A stretch of 58,677 nucleotides of DNA from a virus (taxonomy: Duplodnaviria; Caudoviricetes): positions 1 to 58,677 of IMG/VR virus record IMGVR_UViG_3300043429_001390. One strand, given 5' to 3'. This document shows positions 9,640 to 18,176 of this stretch, piece by piece. The notes beneath the pieces are model-generated. The model saw only the letters and a program-made list of their open reading frames with translations, searched no databases and was not told the DNA's origin. Position 1 is the stretch's first letter, and every line of letters begins with the position of its first letter. The translations under genes were made by a program, and so were the position numbers.

Positions 9640-10832
9640 GCCCTTCCAATTCCTAACTGCTTCTCGAACTCCAGCCCGGCCTGACGCATCTTCTCCAACT
9701 TGTCGATGCCGAACTTCTTCACGGTGCCCACCGGCATGACGAACTCACCGTCCGACAGCAGCGCGGGCACACGATCATCCTTGGGGCCTCCGGGGCCCGA
9801 GACCTTGCCCCCGCTCTGAGTCGTGGACCCGGGGCGCATCTTGGGCGGGCGGGCGACCGGGCCGCCGGACTTGTAGCCCATGACGGAGTTGACCTGCATC
9901 TCGGCAATCGAGCGCGGGTCGTAGGCGTCCTCCATGACTTCGCCGCCGTCGGCGTACTTCTGGATGAGGCCGCCGTTGGCCTTCCCTCCCGGCGGGCCGA
10001 ACAGCTTCCCACCGACGGCGGCGCCCATGGGGCCGCCAACAGCCATACCGGCCAGCGAGCCGACGGCGCTCATTGCGCCGCCGATAGCCTGCTGCTGCGC
10101 CTGATAGCCCTGCATGTTGTAGTTCGACAGCCCCATTGCGAGGTTGCCGGCGTTGCCGTACATGCTGCCGGACATGCCGTAGCCGCCGCGCATGAAGTCG
10201 TTGCCCTGGCCCATGATGCCCATGCCCTGGGCGGAGTTCCCGCCGGCCGCTCCGCCGGCCGCGTTGGCGCCCTGCATGAAGTTGCCGGTGTCCATGACCA
10301 GCCCTCGGCCCATGCCGGCGACGGAGGCCTTGCGGGCGAAGTTCTCGCCTTCGGCTGCGGCGCGGATGTTGGTGCCAAGGCCCGCAGCGCCCAGGGCGTC
10401 CGCGTTCTTGTTGGCCGCCATCGCGTAGGCCATGGCCGTGCCATTGCCCATGTTGTTGCGGTTGGCCTCGCGCATCATCTGCTGGTTGCGCAGCGAGCTC
10501 TGCTGACTGAAGTCGGCCAGCCCGCGGTTCACGCGGCCCTCGATGTCGATGCCACGCTTGGCCTCGGAGACCAGATCGTCTTCCAGCGGCGCGTAGAGGT
10601 CCTTGTAGCGCCCGAACTGGTAGTCGGCGTACTCGTCCTGCTTGCGCATCGAGCCGAGGTAGGCGTCCTGGAGCTGCTCACGCAGCGCCGCGTCGCGCTG
10701 CATGGCGGGCAGGTAGTCCCGCTCGTAGACCTGCTTGGACCAGTCGAACTGCTGCTTGGCCAGCTCGGACTGCTTGTCGATGGCTTCCCCGACACGCGGG
10801 TCCGGCGGCGGAGGACTTCCTGACCATCCCAT
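9636..10832 (-). CDS. Internal virion (pilot/ejection) protein, 398 aa, starts MGWSGSPPPPDP
   Basis: Gly/Ala/Met-rich body; C-terminal GPGGPKDDRVPALLSDGEFV motif typical of phage ejection/tape-measure-type proteins; GGAG upstream of ATG 10832. Confidence 0.7.
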   Translation of the reverse strand: MGWSGSPPPPDPRVGEAIDKQSELAKQQFDWSKQVYERDYLPAMQRDAALREQLQDAYLGSMRKQDEYADYQFGRYKDLYAPLEDDLVSEAKRGIDIEGRVNRGLADFSQQSSLRNQQMMREANRNNMGNGTAMAYAMAANKNADALGAAGLGTNIRAAAEGENFARKASVAGMGRGLVMDTGNFMQGANAAGGAAGGNSAQGMGIMGQGNDFMRGGYGMSGSMYGNAGNLAMGLSNYNMQGYQAQQQAIGGAMSAVGSLAGMAVGGPMGAAVGGKLFGPPGGKANGGLIQKYADGGEVMEDAYDPRSIAEMQVNSVMGYKSGGPVARPPKMRPGSTTQSGGKVSGPGGPKDDRVPALLSDGEFVMPVGTVKKFGIDKLEKMRQAGLEFEKQLGIGRA

Positions 10833-10834
10833 GG

Positions 10835-11281
10835 CTACTTCTCCAGGTACTCTTCCAAGGTGTCGTTCTGCACCAGGAGCTTGACCTCCGGTGCGACCTC
10901 GATGCCCCACTGCATGCCGCCGATGAGGCGCGCCATGTGGATGAACAGGTCCCCGATGCCGTGCCGGATCACGTTGGCGATCTCAAGGCTCTTCCTGTCG
11001 CCTGCGGCCTCGAAGCGGTTGGCCGTCAGCCAGTTCACTACGCCGAGCTCCAGCACCGGGAGCAGCTCCTCGATGTGCTGGCGATAGAACCTGTTGCGCG
11101 GCATGGCACACGTGGCGAAGAGGAAAGCCTTGTTCAGGTCCTCCGCCTTGACTTCGCTGTCACGGTCGATCAGGTCGTCCCACACGTCCGCGATGTGGAT
11201 GACCATCAGTGCCAAGTTCACCGCATCCTCGTTGCCTTGGAAAAAGCGGCGGAACTTGTCGACAGTGACCGAGTCTCGCAT
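10835..11281 (-). CDS. Small helical protein with DDxxD motif (isoprenoid synthase / prenyltransferase-like), 148 aa
   Basis: HIADVWDDLIDRD on a predicted helix; ATG at 11281 (alternative 11290 overlaps the -10 box). Confidence 0.55.
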   Translation of the reverse strand: MRDSVTVDKFRRFFQGNEDAVNLALMVIHIADVWDDLIDRDSEVKAEDLNKAFLFATCAMPRNRFYRQHIEELLPVLELGVVNWLTANRFEAAGDRKSLEIANVIRHGIGDLFIHMARLIGGMQWGIEVAPEVKLLVQNDTLEEYLEK

Positions 11282-11288
11282 GGCGGGC

Positions 11289-11316
11289 ATTGTACGTTAG
11301 CAGGTGCTCACTGCAA
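11289..11316 (-). promoter_or_regulatory. Putative sigma70 promoter TTGCAG-N16-TACAAT, probably giving a leaderless mRNA; TGCTAAC motif in the spacer
   Basis: Minus strand TTGCAGTGAGCACCTGCTAACGTACAAT, 7 nt before ATG 11281. Confidence 0.5.
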
Positions 11317-11320
11317 CTAC

Positions 11321-12046
11321 TCAGTTTGTGCGGATCAGGCGGATGAAGGCGGCCCCCAGGTCCAGGTGCCACCACTTCGTGCGGAAGTCGGCCCGGCCTG
11401 GATGGTCGTGGTGCGTCTTGTGCATCCACTCACCACCTGTAGGCAGCACGTACTCGAGCCACGCAAGATTGCGAGGTTCCCCTCCCCTGTGACTCGTGAC
11501 CTGATGGATAGCCCCCACCAGATGTGCACTGCCAAGCGGCACGATGTACAGGAACAGGAATGCGGTCGGCGAGATGGCCAGCGCCAACGCTACGAACCCA
11601 AGCCACAAGGTGAGCCCATGCCGATGTACGAAATCCAGAGTCGGGTCGCCCACCAGACGCTTCAGGCGCCCTTTGACCATCGGTACATCACGGAACTGCT
11701 TGTCGATCACGTACCGCCAGGTGGCGTAGTGCGGGTCGAGGGGCGTATCGGAATGCACATGGTGCGTCGTGTGTGCCGCTGCCCATGCGTGAGGCGAGCC
11801 GTAGAGCATCAAGACGCTCCACCCAGCCATGAATCGATGCCAGAACGGCGTCGTCTTGAAGGAGCCGTGCGAGAAATAGCGATGCAGGCCTGCGGACACC
11901 ATGATGGTGTTGAAGGCATGCAGGAAGGGCCACGGCAGAAGCCACGCCCAGTGCGCCTTTCCTGTCGCCACCAGCCAGATAGCCAGCACGATACCGAGAT
12001 TGCCGCCGATGTGGCCGACGGTCACCATCCACTTAGACTGCTTCAT
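11321..12046 (-). CDS. Membrane-bound fatty acid desaturase (delta-9 / acyl-lipid desaturase family), 241 aa
   Basis: Three His boxes AGLHRYFSH, HTTHHVHSD..DPH, GEWMHKTHH; hydrophobic segments; C-terminal WWHLDLG; GGAGG RBS before ATG 12046. Confidence 0.9.
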   Translation of the reverse strand: MKQSKWMVTVGHIGGNLGIVLAIWLVATGKAHWAWLLPWPFLHAFNTIMVSAGLHRYFSHGSFKTTPFWHRFMAGWSVLMLYGSPHAWAAAHTTHHVHSDTPLDPHYATWRYVIDKQFRDVPMVKGRLKRLVGDPTLDFVHRHGLTLWLGFVALALAISPTAFLFLYIVPLGSAHLVGAIHQVTSHRGGEPRNLAWLEYVLPTGGEWMHKTHHDHPGRADFRTKWWHLDLGAAFIRLIRTN

Positions 12047-12590
12047 TCCTGCCTCCCGCAAACACGAATCCGTAGGTCTGGGCCCAGGACACAAGTCTGG
12101 CGCGCGACACTTCGAACGAATCACCCGGGCCGTAGCGATCGAGCGAGCCTGCGCACACAAGCACCTTCGCACCCGACTCGAGAAACACCTCGCCACCTTC
12201 CGGCAGCTTGATTGGCGTCAGCACCGGGAGCGCGCCTCGATTGGCGTGCCAGTTGAAGCACCAGAACTCGGTCTCCTCGATTGCCTTCAGGGTGACAATT
12301 CCGCTCGGGTGCGGACCTCGGTCGCCCGAGTACATGCCAGGCATGCGATCCAGAAACCGCTCCTCCGTACCGTCGTCGGACTTCTTGCTGATCGTGGCAA
12401 AGCCGCGCACGTACATCGTCAGGTTGGGGGCCGACTCCCGCTGCACGTCTATCGCGGACGTGAGCACGAGAGTCGAGCCTTCCGGCATGACGTGCTGATG
12501 AACTTTCCAGCCGAATGCCTCGTGTTCTCGCACACGAATGGCGGCCGGGTTGGCGTATGCGCCACGCCATTCGCGACGCGACGGGATCAC
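12033..12590 (-). CDS. Hypothetical protein, 185 aa, beta-rich
   Basis: GTGA overlap with upstream gene and overlap with the desaturase start, consistent with co-transcription. Confidence 0.65.
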   Translation of the reverse strand: MIPSRREWRGAYANPAAIRVREHEAFGWKVHQHVMPEGSTLVLTSAIDVQRESAPNLTMYVRGFATISKKSDDGTEERFLDRMPGMYSGDRGPHPSGIVTLKAIEETEFWCFNWHANRGALPVLTPIKLPEGGEVFLESGAKVLVCAGSLDRYGPGDSFEVSRARLVSWAQTYGFVFAGGRNEAV

Positions 12591-12982
12591 GGCCCCACCC
12601 CGTAGACGACCACCGACCCAGGCACCACCGAGTTGTCCTTCGGATAGGCCGCTTTGACGGCCTTGATGCGGCTGTACATCGGCTCGATTTTCGGCAGCAC
12701 CCCGGTGTCCATCGCATGCCAGAGCATGTCGAGTTGCTCGTTCACGGGCGGGTACTGCTCCAGGCGGGCCTTGCGATAGTCCATGTCGATCGGAGGCGGA
12801 GGCTTGCCACCTTTCACGACTTTCTTGAGAACCGGGTCGATCACATCCTGCTCGACATCGGACTCGGCCTCGATGACATGCTCGCCAGGAGCTGCCTGGG
12901 CTTCGACCATGTCGGCTTGGCAGATGCCGCTGCGAAGGATCTCGCCGGTCTCGTTGTAGACGGTGAAGTGCTTCATGCTCAT
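12587..12982 (-). CDS. Tail fibre assembly / chaperone-like protein, 131 aa
   Basis: MSMKHFTVYNETGEILRSG..YRKARLEQYPPVNEQLDMLWHAM..IKAVKAAYPK; ATGA-coupled to the fibre gene. Confidence 0.65.
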   Translation of the reverse strand: MSMKHFTVYNETGEILRSGICQADMVEAQAAPGEHVIEAESDVEQDVIDPVLKKVVKGGKPPPPIDMDYRKARLEQYPPVNEQLDMLWHAMDTGVLPKIEPMYSRIKAVKAAYPKDNSVVPGSVVVYGVGP

Positions 12983-15900
12983 CGCTTCAAGACCACGACG
13001 CCGAGGCGCATCGTGCCCGTGTAGTAGGCCCGCGAGACCGTGATGGTGTGGTTGCCAGCACTGGGGCTGACGATGATCGAGCCGGTCGTGTTGCCGTTGT
13101 CGGTCAGCCCGGTGATGACCGGGCCGTAGGTGAAGGTGCCGCCGCCGTCCTTGCCGCCGCCTCCGGTGTACGTCACCGTCGAGGGGCCGAGGAAGTAGTC
13201 GATCAGGAGTGCGCTGGCGTTGGCTGGAACGTTGACCGTGACAGACACAGATGCCCCTGTCGTCGTGACGACAGAACCGACGGACGCGGCGTTGCCAGTG
13301 ATCGCGTTGGTGTCGATGACGTTCGCGGAGACCGTGCCGCTGAAGACCGCACTCCCGCCGCTCGTGATCGACAACCCCGGCATCGAGACGTTGCCGCTGA
13401 CATCCGCGTAGAAGTACTTGTTGTCGTTGGCGTTGCCAATCAGAAGACCGTTGGGGCCAAGGTAGAAGCCCTTCTTGTTCTGGCCGGCCGGCGGCCACGT
13501 CCAACCAGTGATGTCGCCGCCGGAGATGTCTCCTCGCACCGCGACTTGGTTGAAGTAGGCCGCACCGGCCTTGGTGATTCGCCAGCCGGCAGACCCTGCG
13601 CTGTAGTTCGTGGTCTGGATGTCCGTGCCGAGCTTCGTGATGCCGATGCTGTCGTCGGCGACGTACCCCATCGGGTTCCAGGGGCCTGCGTCGGTAGCGT
13701 TATCAGCGACCTGCTCTACTTGAACCCGGCCCACGAACATGTAGCTATCGCCGTAGCCGGACTTGGTGTCGATCTTGCGCAGATGGACCCTCAAGTAGGC
13801 GGCGGTCGACGGCATCGTGAGCACGCCGACTGTTCGCTTGTAGCCAGTCAAGCTCGTGCCGCCGGACGCCTCCTCGTTGTTCTCGACGTTGCCGATGTAG
13901 GTGTTTCCGACGACGGCGCCGGACGCGTCATGGATGTAGGCGAAGACTGCGACCCTGCAGCGATGTGCCCCCGTGTACGCAGAGATGGCGTATCGCTTGC
14001 CCCCAATGACCGTGCAGGTCCTGCCGGCGATCTCGTAGTAGTTGTTCTGGTTGTTCGTCGTGCCGATCTGGCGGCTCCACAGCACGGAGGTGCCGGGCCC
14101 CGTGTAGGGCGCAAGGTAGTAGCCGCTGAGGTTGACGCCCCACGAGTCTTGGGAGATTCCAACGCCCCCGGCGTACGTCCACCCGTCGAGCCCGTTCGAG
14201 AAGTCCGAGTTGTACTGGAGGTTGACGCCGTTCGCGATGTACGTGTTGTCGACCTGGACGCTACTCGTGCCGATGCCCTGCAGCACGCCGGAGCTGACGG
14301 TGATGTTCTGGTTCAGCGTGTCCTGCGGAGACGGCGTCCACGAGCTGGGCTGCGTGCCCAACTCGACCTTCGGGCAGCAGATGTCGATGACCGACCCACT
14401 GGGCAGAGACCCGGACACGCTCCACGACAGGTACAGCTCACCGACGGGCGTCTGCGCGTTGCTGTTGGGGATGCCCCGGAACACATACCGCTGCCACGAT
14501 CCAGTCAACGCGGGATTTTCGAGCACCGTCGTGCTGTTGAACCCCATGTTGCTGTCGTACCCGTTCATGTACTTGCCGACAGCGCCGCCAGACCCCCTGG
14601 CCCAGTAGCTGATGCAGTAGAACAGCCCTGGCTCCCAGGCCTTCACGGAGTCAGTGCTGTTTCCGGCGACAGCTATGCCCATCGTCGCGGTCGTGCTGGC
14701 GTTGGTAGTAACGCGGTAGTAGTTCTGCCCGAACAGACCGCCCGACTGAACAGAAGTAGTGACCGAGATGCCGAGGTTGTTGTAGACGAACCAGTTCGTC
14801 GGCAGCGTCCCGTTGTGCTTCAGGAAGCCGCTGTTGCCGACGAGGTTCACGCCCCCAGCGCGGACCTGATCATTGGCTACAACAGTGCCGGCCCCGGTGC
14901 CGATGCCCTGAATGGCGCCGCCGCTCACCGTGATGTTCGAGTTCAGCCACCCCGACGCAGCGTTCACGCGGCTGGAGTCGATGTTGTTGTTGACCCCGAA
15001 GAGGATGTTGCCGCTGTTGTCGCGGATCGTCAGGCCGTTGCTGTTGATCTGGGCGGCCGTGAGCTGGCCTCGGATCGAGGCGGCCCCGAGCTCCGCGGTG
15101 CCGTTCTTGTTGATGTGCCAGCCGGAGGTGCCCGCCACGTAGTTCGTGGACTGGATGAAGTTGCCGATCTTGGCGTTGGTGATCTGGCCGTCACCGATGT
15201 TGGCCTCGACAATCGTCCCGGCTGCGATCTTCGCGCTGCCGTCGATGGTCAGGGACTGAATCATCGCGTTGGTGATGGCGCCGGTCTCGACGGCAGCCGT
15301 TCCGACAGAGATGGCGTTGGCCGAGAGCTTGGTGGCCGTGATGGCGCCGTCGACGATCAGCTCGGCGGTGTTCGCCTTGCGCACGTGGATCTTGGTGACG
15401 AACCAGTTGCCCGCGGGAGACGCGACCCCCACAGTGCCGAACGCGATCAGAGCGCGTGCCGGCACGTACGTGGTGCTGTTGTACGTGAACGTGGCAGGGA
15501 TCGTGATCTGGCCAGAGTACCGGGCCCAGCCGGTCGCGTTGCTCGGCGTCAGCGGGATGCTGGGCCAGTAGTAGCCCACGCCGGTCTGGTCGTTGATCTG
15601 GAGGAAGATGCGGGTGGGGCTGTTCGCGGTCGCGTCCGAGGCAGCGTAGAACTCCGCGTAGTAGACCTCTCCGGGCCTGACGTCGAACGTGCCGATCGCG
15701 GCGCAGTCGTTGTTCGCGTTCGTGAGCACCGGGTTGCGCACGACGTACGCGGCCGGCGCACCGGAAGGAACTCCGGCAGCCCCCCTGGCGACGACCGAGG
15801 ACGACCCCGTCAGCACCCAGCCATCGCTCGAACCGCCGCTGAAAGAGGGGTTCTTGATGAGGTTCGTGGTGTCGACGACGGCGAGCTTGCTGGCCGTGAT

Positions 15901-16683
15901 CGCGTTCGCGGCGATCTGGTCGGAGCCGATTGCGCCGGCCTGGATCTTCCCGCTCGTGATCGTGCCGGTTGTGATCTTGTCCGCCGACAGTGTGTTGTCG
16001 ACGATGACGTCGCCGCCGAAGAACGCCGTCAGCACAGTCCACGTTCCGCCGGAACTGCGCACGCGGGTCTGAGTGAAGCTCGACCCAGTGTTGTACAGGG
16101 TGACGACGTCGCCCTGCAGCGGGCTGCCCCCACCCGCGTTGGAGATGGCAGTGGCCGCCTCCGCGTCAGACCATGCCGTGCCGGTGATCGCCCGTGCGGT
16201 GGTGATCGTGCCGCGCGTGCCCGTTGGGCCCGTTGGACCCGTTGCGCCCGTTGCGCCCGTCGCACCCGTTGCACCGGTGGCCCCCTGTCGGGCCTTGGCG
16301 ACGCTGAAGCGCTTCGTCAGGTTGACGCCGCTCTTGCTGGCCGTGATGTCCAGGTAGGACAGGTCCTGCGTCAGGGAGACGACGCGCACGTAGCCCGTCG
16401 TCCCCGTGATCAGCCCGTTCGTGGCGCCCGTGCCAGTCCGATCCGACGTGTCGTCGCTGTCCCTGTACGCGATACCGCCCCCGGTGGCGGAGACGTAGAA
16501 GGACCACGTCGAGCTGGTGTCGACGCCCGCCTCGAAGACCTTGAGCTGGGTCTCGGCCCCGGTGAACGACGCCACGTTCCCCGCGCTGTCCGCGGCGATG
16601 ACGTAGCTGTCGTTCGTGAGCAGGCTGCCAACACCGTCGTTGACATCGACGATGGTGATCGCACCAGTACTGACGACGGGCAC
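12979..16683 (-). CDS. Tail fibre / receptor-binding protein, 1234 aa, with collagen-like segment and three CBM-like domains
   Basis: Gly-X-Y run (GATGAT..GPTGPT), ITAxKL repeats, IQSTNY..GW.I.K.G motifs, three NLxxNxxF domain starts; AGGAG RBS. Confidence 0.8.
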   Translation of the reverse strand: MPVVSTGAITIVDVNDGVGSLLTNDSYVIAADSAGNVASFTGAETQLKVFEAGVDTSSTWSFYVSATGGGIAYRDSDDTSDRTGTGATNGLITGTTGYVRVVSLTQDLSYLDITASKSGVNLTKRFSVAKARQGATGATGATGATGATGPTGPTGTRGTITTARAITGTAWSDAEAATAISNAGGGSPLQGDVVTLYNTGSSFTQTRVRSSGGTWTVLTAFFGGDVIVDNTLSADKITTGTITSGKIQAGAIGSDQIAANAITASKLAVVDTTNLIKNPSFSGGSSDGWVLTGSSSVVARGAAGVPSGAPAAYVVRNPVLTNANNDCAAIGTFDVRPGEVYYAEFYAASDATANSPTRIFLQINDQTGVGYYWPSIPLTPSNATGWARYSGQITIPATFTYNSTTYVPARALIAFGTVGVASPAGNWFVTKIHVRKANTAELIVDGAITATKLSANAISVGTAAVETGAITNAMIQSLTIDGSAKIAAGTIVEANIGDGQITNAKIGNFIQSTNYVAGTSGWHINKNGTAELGAASIRGQLTAAQINSNGLTIRDNSGNILFGVNNNIDSSRVNAASGWLNSNITVSGGAIQGIGTGAGTVVANDQVRAGGVNLVGNSGFLKHNGTLPTNWFVYNNLGISVTTSVQSGGLFGQNYYRVTTNASTTATMGIAVAGNSTDSVKAWEPGLFYCISYWARGSGGAVGKYMNGYDSNMGFNSTTVLENPALTGSWQRYVFRGIPNSNAQTPVGELYLSWSVSGSLPSGSVIDICCPKVELGTQPSSWTPSPQDTLNQNITVSSGVLQGIGTSSVQVDNTYIANGVNLQYNSDFSNGLDGWTYAGGVGISQDSWGVNLSGYYLAPYTGPGTSVLWSRQIGTTNNQNNYYEIAGRTCTVIGGKRYAISAYTGAHRCRVAVFAYIHDASGAVVGNTYIGNVENNEEASGGTSLTGYKRTVGVLTMPSTAAYLRVHLRKIDTKSGYGDSYMFVGRVQVEQVADNATDAGPWNPMGYVADDSIGITKLGTDIQTTNYSAGSAGWRITKAGAAYFNQVAVRGDISGGDITGWTWPPAGQNKKGFYLGPNGLLIGNANDNKYFYADVSGNVSMPGLSITSGGSAVFSGTVSANVIDTNAITGNAASVGSVVTTTGASVSVTVNVPANASALLIDYFLGPSTVTYTGGGGKDGGGTFTYGPVITGLTDNGNTTGSIIVSPSAGNHTITVSRAYYTGTMRLGVVVLKR
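16208..16286 (-). repeat. 9-bp period repeat encoding collagen-like Gly-X-Y triplets
   Basis: (c/g)cccgttg units encoding GATGATGATGATGATGPTGPTGTRG. Confidence 0.8.
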
Positions 16684-16698
16684 TGCTGTGGGCTCCTG

Positions 16699-18165
16699 TT
16701 ATGGACGGTTGGCTTCGCAGAGGATGCGGGCCTTCACGTCCACCTCGTCGCCGGTGACGGTGATCGAGGCGCCGGCGCTCGTGGTGCGGGTCCCGCCGTT
16801 GGCGGTGCAGCCGTACAGCTTGCCGCCCACGAAGTCGCTCGCCGACGAGGGAGCCGGGAAGTCGGTGAAGTTCAGCCACGTGTTCGTCGACGGGGTGCGG
16901 ATCGTGACGACGTTGGTCGTGCTCGATGCCACCTCGTAGAAGAACGCCGTGCCGTCCGGCTTCACTGCCTTCACGATGTCGCCGGCCGCGAACGCGTAGC
17001 TCGTGCCGCCGTAGGTGATCGTGGCCGAGGTGCCGGTCGTGTTGGCCGAGATGGCAGCGCCGCCGGCAGTGCTGATGCGAGCCGTGTCGACGAAGCCACC
17101 GCGCTTGCCGTTGCGGTCGTACAGGTACCACGTGAAGGACCACCCCGTGAGGTTGGTCACCTCGGTCGGGCCGTAGAACACACGCGGCGAGAGGGCGGTG
17201 CTGCCCTGCCCGTTCTGCAGCTTGTCACCCGACGTCGACTGGACCTGCGTGGTGTACAGGTCGCTGATGTCGTAGACGGTGAAGTACTGGCTGTACGTCT
17301 TCGAGTCCGAGTCGGTGATGTCCACCCGGAACACGCCGATGTTGGCGATTGCGCTCTCGTTGATCACGAGCGTGTTGAAGGCATTGCCGCTGCCAGATGC
17401 GGGCACGTTGACGCCGAGATCGGAGCCGGACGCGGTCGGCGTGACGCCGGTGGCCGTCGTCTTCATGCCGTACTTCGTCGCGAAGCTGCTCGTCGAGGTC
17501 GAGATCTGCGTCGACGCGTTGCCGTCGTACCAGCGGTACGTCAGGCCGCTCGTGTCCACGCCGCTCGAACGCACGAGGTCGGCCGTGATGGCGACGTTGT
17601 TCTTGGTCGAGCCCGTGGCCTGCTCGATGTTGGTCTGGCCGCGCGTCGTGATGTAGACCGCGTTCGTGCCCGTCTTCACGGTGTTCAGAGTGATCTGAGC
17701 CGTGATGTGGGTCGTCAGGCTCGTGACCGGGTCGACGAAGTCCGCATCGAAGAAGAGCGCCAGGGACGCGACGGAGTCCTTCAGGTTGCCAGCGATGGAG
17801 ATCGTCGAGGCGGTGGACGATCCGTTCGCGGCGTGCGAGACCGTGAAGGGGTTGTTGACCTGCACGTCCGAGTTGTTCACGAACGAGGTAGACGTCGAGC
17901 CCGTCGTCAGGGCCGTGCCACCAGCAGTCAACGCGAACTGCTTGTTGACGAGTGCCGCCCAGGCCTGCGCGTTGTTCAGGCCGCCGATCGAGATCTGCGG
18001 CGTGATGACCAGCGCACTCGACGCCCACGAGGGGGTGTACGAGATCGTGGACTCGTCCTTGGTGTAGACCTGCTGCGTACCGCCGTTGGCGGTCAGGGCG
18101 AGGGTGATTGACCGCGCATCGTTGGTGTCAACGATGGTGATCTGACCGGTTGAGACAAGAGGCAT
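16699..18165 (-). CDS. Tail-associated Ig-like repeat protein, 488 aa
   Basis: Thr/Ser-rich beta protein with TYRWY/SFTWY strands; AAGGGAG RBS. Confidence 0.7.
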   Translation of the reverse strand: MPLVSTGQITIVDTNDARSITLALTANGGTQQVYTKDESTISYTPSWASSALVITPQISIGGLNNAQAWAALVNKQFALTAGGTALTTGSTSTSFVNNSDVQVNNPFTVSHAANGSSTASTISIAGNLKDSVASLALFFDADFVDPVTSLTTHITAQITLNTVKTGTNAVYITTRGQTNIEQATGSTKNNVAITADLVRSSGVDTSGLTYRWYDGNASTQISTSTSSFATKYGMKTTATGVTPTASGSDLGVNVPASGSGNAFNTLVINESAIANIGVFRVDITDSDSKTYSQYFTVYDISDLYTTQVQSTSGDKLQNGQGSTALSPRVFYGPTEVTNLTGWSFTWYLYDRNGKRGGFVDTARISTAGGAAISANTTGTSATITYGGTSYAFAAGDIVKAVKPDGTAFFYEVASSTTNVVTIRTPSTNTWLNFTDFPAPSSASDFVGGKLYGCTANGGTRTTSAGASITVTGDEVDVKARILCEANRP

Positions 18166-18176
18166 TTCAAACTCCC

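Noticed and set aside
9700-9810. Tape measure protein call from the GPGG..DDRVPALLSDGEFV motif
   Set aside because: Protein is only 398 aa and no tail tube or chaperone genes are present; fits a podovirus ejection protein
12979-16683. Diversity-generating retroelement targeting the fibre
   Set aside because: No reverse transcriptase and no template/variable repeat pair seen
13048-18111. Very long plus-strand ORFs over the late arm (1687 aa, 1013 aa, 631 aa etc.) and minus-strand ORFs over the early arm
   Set aside because: Antisense shadows of GC3-biased real genes; no motifs or RBS
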